NCBI GenBank assembly: GCA_963665115.1
Contig: OY762007.1
Coordinates: 6,848,001-6,912,000 of the forward strand
DNA: 64,000 bases
Source of the DNA: an uncultured Rivularia sp.
GTDB taxonomy: Bacteria > Cyanobacteriota > Cyanobacteriia > Cyanobacteriales > Nostocaceae
Direction: 5' to 3'
The stretch's first letter is position 1; every line of letters starts with the position of its first letter. Positions 56,943 through 64,000 of the stretch are shown piece by piece. A model generated the notes under the pieces. That model saw only the letters and a list, made by a program, of their open reading frames with translations. It searched no databases and was not told the DNA's origin. A program made the position numbers and the translations under genes.

Positions 56943-57079
56943 ATACAGTTCTATCACCGAGTAGATTTTTAAGGGTTTGAAGCCCCCGGATTTATCCGTG
57001 GATTATACTCTGTCGAAGCCCCTAAATTCATTTATGGGAAATTAATTACGAATTACGAATTACGAATTACGAATTATAT

Positions 57080-59665
57080 TCACGTATTAGCTCCACTACA
57101 GTTAGCAACTTGTTTTGTTGCAAAAGGGATATTTTGAGCAGCAACAAGTTCAATTTCTCCGTCTGTATTACGAATAAAACCAGTAGCCTCTACAATTGCT
57201 GGTTTATTTGAAGTATTTGTAACTTGAGTAATATTACTTTTTTGTTTACGATATGCCGATAAATCGCGAATATCCGACCAAGTAAAGTTTTCATCAACTT
57301 GTTCATTGGGGTTTTGTGGTATTCCACCTCTTCCGGTTGAGACAAAAGTATTTCCGGTGTTACTAGAACATCCCGACGCTATTTGTTGTGATGAATCTGC
57401 TAAATCTACTGATAATTCTACTAAACCAGAACTGGGGTCAATACCAACATTATTGATTTTTACCGTACCGCTGACACCAAATCTGGAACTTGCAGTAATA
57501 TCACTTACTTCGGTTAATTCTTCGCGAAATTCCAAACCGAAAATGCCTTTAGTTGTAATGTCAATATTACCGCCGTTTCCTTCAAAAGCATTAGCAACAA
57601 TATCGCTGTTTTCAAAACCTACTAGAACGGGGGAGTTGATTGTGATATTTCCGCCATTACCTACACCTAGAGACTCAGTATTAATTAGGGACTGGTTCCT
57701 CATCAATAAGAGTTCTTGCAAATTGAACTCAATATTGCCACCTGCTCCAGATTGGGTAGACGCAAGGATGCTACTTCCGTTTCTCATATCCAAAGTTTTG
57801 GCATCTAAAACGATATCACCTCCCAAACCATCTCTAGCAATGGCAGTCAAGCTACCGATATTACCGAGAACAATATCATCAGCATTAATCTTTAAACTAC
57901 CTGCATTCCCGCTAGTGCCATCATTTCGCACCGAAACTGTTCCTCCATTAAGAACGCGCAAAGCGGGAGCATTAATGCTAAGGTTGCCAGATTCGCCAGT
58001 TGGAAAAGCTGCTATTCCAAGAGCTTGACGAGCTCTTGGGTTAGAAAGGTCGCTCGCAGCTACTATTTCACTAGGACGAATCACAGAACCAGCGACGAAT
58101 TGACCTTCAACCTCAACGGATTCGGACGCATTGATAATTAAGTCTCCAGCTGCACCACTAACTAAAGTAGAGGAGGTAACTTTCGCACCGTTGTTTACTT
58201 TCATTTGACCTGTATTAACAGTTAAATCTCCCGCATCTCCAGAGCTAAATGCGAAAACCCCCAAGTTTGAAGGGCTGAGGGTCGGTTTTATAACTCCTGA
58301 TAGCTCGACAAGCTCTGTTGCTTCGATTGTCAAATCCCCACCTGCACTAGCCCCAAAACTGATAGTCGCAACAATACCTCCATCTGCAATACTAAGCCGA
58401 TCCGTGGATATAAACATATTCCCAGATGCTCCAGCAGTAGCACCAAAGCTGACGGGAGCTAGGTTGCTAACTAAAATAGGATTACTAGGAGCAAAACCAT
58501 TAACTTCGATTTGCTCGGTAGCACGAACGTTTATATCACCTCCAGAAGCAGAACCGAATGTCCAAGTTCCTACTCTCGATGCATTCCGAAGAGTTAACTG
58601 TTGAGTATTAATCCCAATGTCTGCGCCTTTTCCATCACCTAATGCTTCAGTACGAATCTCGTTAATTGCCAATCCCCCTAAGCTATTACCCTGCATCACG
58701 AATGATTCAGTTGCATCGACCTGAATTTCACCTGCCGCAGTCTTGCCTACATTTTGAATCAAAAGTGCAGAAGCATTATTGAATTCTACTTGTCCCCCTT
58801 GCAGCCGAATCGAACCACCACCATTACCGCTAGCATCAATAAGGGAGCGCTCGTTAAGTACAATATCGCCAAAGTTGCTAATGTTTTCGTACCCGAAACG
58901 CCAACCTGTAACAGTAGAATTTAGATTCACTAGGGAACTATTATTTTGTTCAATATTTTGTCCAACCGCTCCTAATTCAATCCTTCCACTTTCTGCGGTT
59001 AAAACACCACTATTCAAGAAAATATTACCCCCAATCAAACCGATGCTTCGACCTTGAGATACTTTTAACTCAAGGGTGCTGTTGCTGCGATCGAAAGGAA
59101 TAGTATTTATGGCTGGATAAGTTTGGTTGTGTCCATTTCCCTCTACAGTAATATTCCCCGGATTTATTCCCATTTGCAAACCTACAGGAACGCTTACAGT
59201 TAATAAAGGTTCGTTTTGAGGATCAACAGCACTAAATTCAAATCCATCTTCAAATAAAATACTTGCTGCGGTACTACCAAAAAAAGAACCACCAATATCC
59301 AAACTTGCATTTTCACCAAAAACAAGTCCCGCAGGATTTATTAAAAATAAATTGGCATTACCGTTAGCTTTAATTAATCCATCAATGTTAGATATATTTC
59401 CACCCGTTACCCGATTAATAATATTGATGACATCGGTAGAATTATTGAAAACTGCCGAGCTACCTTTAGGAATAGAAAATTCTTTGAAACTATGAAATAG
59501 ATTATTCCCTTTCTGAATACCATTGATAATATTAAAATTATTTCCGTTTGGATTGATGGTTGTATTAGTAGTTTTGTCGGAAGTTACTTGAGAAAAAGCC
59601 GGTAAAACAATTCCCGAAGTTAATAAACCACTTATCAATCCAGATAGAAATCTAATTCCTTTCAT
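57080..59665 (-). CDS. Filamentous haemagglutinin N-domain beta-helical secreted protein
   Basis: Intact, about 861 aa; start MKGIRF at 59665 by alignment with paralogues. Confidence 0.93.
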   Translation of the reverse strand: MKGIRFLSGLISGLLTSGIVLPAFSQVTSDKTTNTTINPNGNNFNIINGIQKGNNLFHSFKEFSIPKGSSAVFNNSTDVINIINRVTGGNISNIDGLIKANGNANLFLINPAGLVFGENASLDIGGSFFGSTAASILFEDGFEFSAVDPQNEPLLTVSVPVGLQMGINPGNITVEGNGHNQTYPAINTIPFDRSNSTLELKVSQGRSIGLIGGNIFLNSGVLTAESGRIELGAVGQNIEQNNSSLVNLNSTVTGWRFGYENISNFGDIVLNERSLIDASGNGGGSIRLQGGQVEFNNASALLIQNVGKTAAGEIQVDATESFVMQGNSLGGLAINEIRTEALGDGKGADIGINTQQLTLRNASRVGTWTFGSASGGDINVRATEQIEVNGFAPSNPILVSNLAPVSFGATAGASGNMFISTDRLSIADGGIVATISFGASAGGDLTIEATELVELSGVIKPTLSPSNLGVFAFSSGDAGDLTVNTGQMKVNNGAKVTSSTLVSGAAGDLIINASESVEVEGQFVAGSVIRPSEIVAASDLSNPRARQALGIAAFPTGESGNLSINAPALRVLNGGTVSVRNDGTSGNAGSLKINADDIVLGNIGSLTAIARDGLGGDIVLDAKTLDMRNGSSILASTQSGAGGNIEFNLQELLLMRNQSLINTESLGVGNGGNITINSPVLVGFENSDIVANAFEGNGGNIDITTKGIFGLEFREELTEVSDITASSRFGVSGTVKINNVGIDPSSGLVELSVDLADSSQQIASGCSSNTGNTFVSTGRGGIPQNPNEQVDENFTWSDIRDLSAYRKQKSNITQVTNTSNKPAIVEATGFIRNTDGEIELVAAQNIPFATKQVANCSGANT

Positions 59666-59685
59666 GTCTAGCAAATCTTTTTGTG

Positions 59686-59724
59686 TTCTGGATTTATGGT
59701 TCCCTAATTTTATAATTCTTTAAC
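59686..59724 (-). promoter_or_regulatory. Bipartite promoter-like motif (upstream half degenerate)
   Basis: GTTA-N15-AGGGAACCATAAATCCAGAA. Confidence 0.6.
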
Positions 59725-59748
59725 GATTCTTTTTGAAAAACAGTAATC

Positions 59749-62194
59749 TTACGTACTTGAACCGCTACAATCGATATCTGAATTTGTAAGAAAAGATTTA
59801 TTTTCCATCGCAACGAGTTCAATTTCTCCTTTTGAATTACGGATAAAACCAGTTGCTTCTATAATTTTTGGTTTATTTGATCTTTCTGTAATTTCAATAT
59901 TATTCTTTCTTTGACGATAAGCTGATAAATCGCGGATATCCGACCAAGCAAGGTTTTCGTCAACTTGTTCGCTGGGGTTATGCGGTATTCCACCTCGTCC
60001 GGTTGCGACAAAAGTATTACCCGTTTGAGCAGCACATCCAGCAGCAATTTGATTGCCCGAGTCTGTAAGATTTTCTGGTAATTCACTGATTCCAGAATTC
60101 TGGTCAATACCAGGAGTATTTAATTCAACTACACCGCTAAATTCTGCTCCTAGTTCAGAAGTTGCAGTTATATCACTTTCTATAGTTTGCTGTTCTCGAA
60201 ACTGAGTACCAAAAATACCTTGTGCATTAATAGTGACCCTTACCACCAAAACTGTTTTGTGCGTTTGCAGCGATATCGCTATTTTCTAAAGCTACTAAAG
60301 TGTCAGTATTAATAGTTATATTTCCACCATTTCCTTTACCACCAGCAGAAGTACTAATAATACTTTCATCCCGCATTTGTAAATTTTGGGACTGCAATGA
60401 AATGTCCCCTCCTTCACCAAAGACTGTGGTAGCTGAAAGTTTACCTAAATTATCTAACTTTATCAGGTCTGCATCGATTTTGAGAATACCAGCATTCCCA
60501 CTTCCGAAGTTATCTACACTCACAAGTGCTCTGTCAGCGACTAAAAGAAACGGTGTATTAATAGTGATATTTCCAGCATTTCCGTTAGGAACATCTGGTA
60601 AATTAAATGATTTCTGAAGATTAGGAAGAAGTCTGACAAATGAGTTAAGTCTGGCAGGTAATTCATTTACATTACCAACTACCTGTAACGATTTAGTAGC
60701 ATTTATAGTCATGTTTCCAGCATTTCCAGCATTATGACTGCCATTAGCTACAGATGCACCTGCTTCCACAGTCATTGTCTCGGTATTAATATTCATATTG
60801 CCAGCATCACCTTTTCCTAAAGCAGATGTAGAAATATTGCTACTTGTAAATAAGCCCAAACCTACACCCTTCACTTCTAGTTTTTGGGTATCAATATTTA
60901 TAGTTCCACCATCGCCATTACCAAGACTTGCCACGGAAACCGAACCGCTATCAAGTACCGAAAAGTGTTTAGTAGAAGCAATTACATCACCAGCTTTTCC
61001 ATCTCCGAGAGTAATTGATGCAATGCTACTAAATACTAGTGGGTTAATTTCTGAAAATCCACTGACTTCAATCAATTGTTCAACGTCTAAGAAAATATCA
61101 CCACCAGGTGCGGGTGTAAAGGTTTTACTACCGATACCACCCCCATTTTTAACAATTAAACGCGGTGTAACAACATTAAGATTCCCGCTCATTCCTCCCA
61201 AAGTTTCGTTCAAAATAGCACTGCGAATTCTGCCGTTAGGAGACATTCCATTGACTTCTAAAGATTCAGTTGCATTAATATTAATCTCTCCGGCTGGCTG
61301 CAATCCTTGATTTTGCACTAATAATACGGAGCCATTTTTTAGGCTGACAGAACTACCATTAACTTCAATTGAACCAGCACCCGCATCTATCAAAGATTTT
61401 TGCAATAGCTGAATATTTCCTAATTTAGAATCTTGAGGAATGTTTAACTTAAATTCTTGATTATTTTGATTTAAATTAACTTTTCCTTCTCTAACACTGC
61501 TTAATTCAACTCTTCCTGCGTTTACATTTAAAACAGCGCCATCAAGCACAATATCTCCACCAATTAAAGCTAATGTTTTTCCCGGTTTTACTTCTAATAA
61601 GCTTGAGCTACCGGGATTAATATAAGGTGCAAAATCAATATTTTGTGTTACCAAATTATGTCCGCTTCCGTTTACCTTAATTGCTCCTGTATTTGTCCCC
61701 ATTTGCAAACCTACGGGAACGCTAACTGTTAACAACGGCGGATCTGTAGGATTAATCGCACTAAATTCAAACCCATCTCCAAATAAAATGCTTTGTGCAG
61801 TACTACCAAAAAAAGAACCACCAATATCTAAAGAAGCATTTTTACCAAAAACAAGTCCGGCAGGATTTATTAAAAATAAATTGGCATTACCGTTAGCTTT
61901 AATTAATCCATCAATGTTAGATATATTTCCACCCGTTACCCGATTAATAATATTGATGACATCGATAGAATTATTGAAAACTGCCGAGCTACCTTTAGGA
62001 ATAGAAAATTCTTTGAAACTATGAAATAAATTATTCCCTTTTTGAATACCGTTGATAATATTAAAATTATTACCGTTTGGATTGACGGTTGTATTAGTAG
62101 TGTTATCGGAAGTTACTTGAGAAAAAGCCGGTAAAACAATTCCCGAAGTTAATAAACCACTTATCAATCCAGATAGAAATACAATCCCTTTCAT
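59749..62194 (-). CDS. Filamentous haemagglutinin N-domain beta-helical secreted protein, +1 frameshift near 60238
   Basis: Removing one base gives SFGG(K/R)VTINAQGIFG and joins the 655-aa and 166-aa ORFs. Confidence 0.9.
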
Positions 62195-62214
62195 ATTGTT
62201 AAAATCTTTTTATC

Positions 62215-62265
62215 TTCTGGATTTATGGTTCCCTATCTACATAGGCATCTAACACAAACTTTAAA
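62215..62265 (-). promoter_or_regulatory. Bipartite promoter-like motif
   Basis: TTTAAAGTTTGTGTTA-N15-AGGGAACCATAAATCCAGAA. Confidence 0.65.
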
Positions 62266-62276
62266 TTCAAGTGATA

Positions 62277-64000
62277 TTACGTATTAGCTCCGCTGCACGA
62301 AGGAATTTGTTTTGCTGTCAAAGGTTGTTGTTGAGCAGCAACGAGTTCAATTTCTCCCGAAGCATTTCGGATAAAACCAGTTGCTTCTACAATCGCTGGT
62401 TTGTTTGAAATACTTGTAACTTCAGAATTATTATTAGGCTTGCGACGAGATACCGATAAATCGCGAGTATCCGACCAAATATAATTAGTATTCAATACTT
62501 TACTGGGATTTTGTGGTACTCCACCTCTTCCTGTAACTACAAAATTACTACCAGTTTTATTTAAACATCCCGTACTAATTTGCTGTGATGAATCTGATAA
62601 TTCGACAGTTAATTCGATTAAACCGGAACTAGGATCGATGCCAACATTGTTGATTTCTACTGTACCGTTGACACCATATTCGGAACTCGCAGTAATATCA
62701 TTTTCAGGAGTAAGTTTGTCGCGAAATTCTAAACCGAATATACCTTGAGTTGTAATATTAATATTACCGCCATTTCCTTGTACTGCATTTGCAGCAATAT
62801 CGCTATTTTCAAAACCTGCAACGATAGGAGAATTGATGTTGATGTTACCACCACTAGCAATTCCACTGGCATTGGTGGTGATGGTGCTATTGTTGCGTAA
62901 TAAAGTCAAGTCGCGAGCTTCCACAGATATATTACCTTGATTACCTCCTGTAACTTGAGCTTGCAAGCTAGCATTATTATTAAGAAAGATACGATTACCA
63001 TACAATTCTAAGTTTCCCCCACCACCTTTACCAACCGCATTCACTTCTACAAGACCCCCATCCGCAACTACAATAGAATCCGATTGAATAGTTACAGAAC
63101 CTGCTGATGCATTGGAGAAAGAAGTTGCTGAAACATGGCTGGGATGGTTATCGGTAAAATAACCAAAAAACGGAGCAGGTTTATCTCCCACACCAGTAAC
63201 CTCTATAAATTCGCTGGCATTCATTTTTACATCTCCAGAAGCTCCACTACCGAATGTTCCCGCAGCAATAAGTCCACCATCGGTAATACGGATGCGATTG
63301 CTATCTATAATCAAACTTCCTCCTTTTCCACTGCTACCGGGGAAAGTACCCGCAGCGATAAAACTCGGAGTTGGAGTAATCCCTACCCCAGTAATTTTAG
63401 TATTTTCGATTCCTGAAACTTCAATATCTCCCACATTGACAACTACATTACCTGCATCCCCCGAACCACTGGTAATTACTGATAGTCTTGAACCACTCAA
63501 TAAAGAAAGGCGATCGCCACTCAAACGCAATTCACCCCCGGTTGCTGTACCTCGGACATCAGTAGTAACTCTGCTACCTTGGCTGAGAGTAGTTTCGGAT
63601 GCAGTGATATTGATATTTCCACCCTGCCCTGCTTGTTGAGCATTAGCAATAATTCCTGCTGTGTTATGAAGGTTTAAATTATCGCTAACTTGCAGTTGAA
63701 TATTACCCCCTTGATTGGTTTTAGTAGAAGCATTAATTTGTCCACCATTACTAATATTCACAGTTTCCGCATCTAAAAATATATCGCCTCCGCGACCATT
63801 CGCGATCGCATTTACGCTGCCTTGATTATCAATCAAAACATCATCAGCATTAATCTGCAAAGTACCAGCATTTCCGCTTGTTCCATCATTACGGACGCTA
63901 ACGACTCCTCCATCTAAAACTCGCAATTGTGGTGTATTGATAATCAAATTTGCCGAGTCTCCGGTCGGTAGAGGAGGAAGTCCCAAAGATATACGCAGTG
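62277..64000 (-). CDS. FHA-like beta-helical secreted protein, 5' end outside window
   Basis: Frame is open to the window edge; GxGGxI beta-helix repeats and the same C-terminal domain (ENSDI...TGRGG...IVEATG...C). Confidence 0.9.
   Translation of the reverse strand, partial: LRISLGLPPLPTGDSANLIINTPQLRVLDGGVVSVRNDGTSGNAGTLQINADDVLIDNQGSVNAIANGRGGDIFLDAETVNISNGGQINASTKTNQGGNIQLQVSDNLNLHNTAGIIANAQQAGQGGNINITASETTLSQGSRVTTDVRGTATGGELRLSGDRLSLLSGSRLSVITSGSGDAGNVVVNVGDIEVSGIENTKITGVGITPTPSFIAAGTFPGSSGKGGSLIIDSNRIRITDGGLIAAGTFGSGASGDVKMNASEFIEVTGVGDKPAPFFGYFTDNHPSHVSATSFSNASAGSVTIQSDSIVVADGGLVEVNAVGKGGGGNLELYGNRIFLNNNASLQAQVTGGNQGNISVEARDLTLLRNNSTITTNASGIASGGNININSPIVAGFENSDIAANAVQGNGGNINITTQGIFGLEFRDKLTPENDITASSEYGVNGTVEINNVGIDPSSGLIELTVELSDSSQQISTGCLNKTGSNFVVTGRGGVPQNPSKVLNTNYIWSDTRDLSVSRRKPNNNSEVTSISNKPAIVEATGFIRNASGEIELVAAQQQPLTAKQIPSCSGANT

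Noticed and set aside
54394..62194. Phase variation of FHA genes by G-run slippage
   Set aside because: The runs are only 3-4 G, and the same error type hits housekeeping genes, so artefact is more likely.
53910..63639. Many plus-strand ORFs over the FHA array (e.g. 57306-58028, 60798-61310)
   Set aside because: Pro/Leu-rich antisense shadows of Gly/Asn-rich beta-helix codons.
7713..63810. Frequent GCGATCGC octamers
   Set aside because: HIP1, a well-known cyanobacterial genome signature; used only for taxonomic placement.

Overview
AT-rich DNA from a filamentous, probably heterocystous (Nostocales-like) cyanobacterium. Support: many HIP1 (GCGATCGC) octamers, heptamer STRR tracts, and ndhH, psb34, a thiO-thiG fusion and a cruA-like gene. 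The first ~45 kb is mostly housekeeping and conserved genes: PAS/CheR-type sensor tail, PAS kinase, rsmH, ndhH, MidA-like methyltransferase, cimA, YcgR/YcgQ-like permease operon, tldD/pmbA, cysC, P450, cytochrome c6, ferredoxin, PfkB kinase and tex. These are interspersed with dense GTAG-type palindromic repeats and two repeat-rich islets carrying pentapeptide genes; the one at 9.1-11.2 kb is arranged like a gene-cassette array. The last ~19 kb is one co-oriented minus-strand locus: five tandem filamentous-haemagglutinin-like secreted genes, a secreted TPR-CHAT caspase-like protease, a secreted DUF928 protein, a CHASE2 hybrid kinase and a REC-kinase. A bipartite promoter-like motif recurs five times in this locus. 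The DUF928 N-terminus is a run of six peptides that each start x-x-F and end G-x-S-R, like a prohormone. My main hypothesis, which is inference, is an extracellular protease-activated peptide-signalling system. Seven single-base frameshifts, six of them in short G runs, are most likely sequencing or assembly errors. All family calls come from motif recognition by eye; no database search was run.
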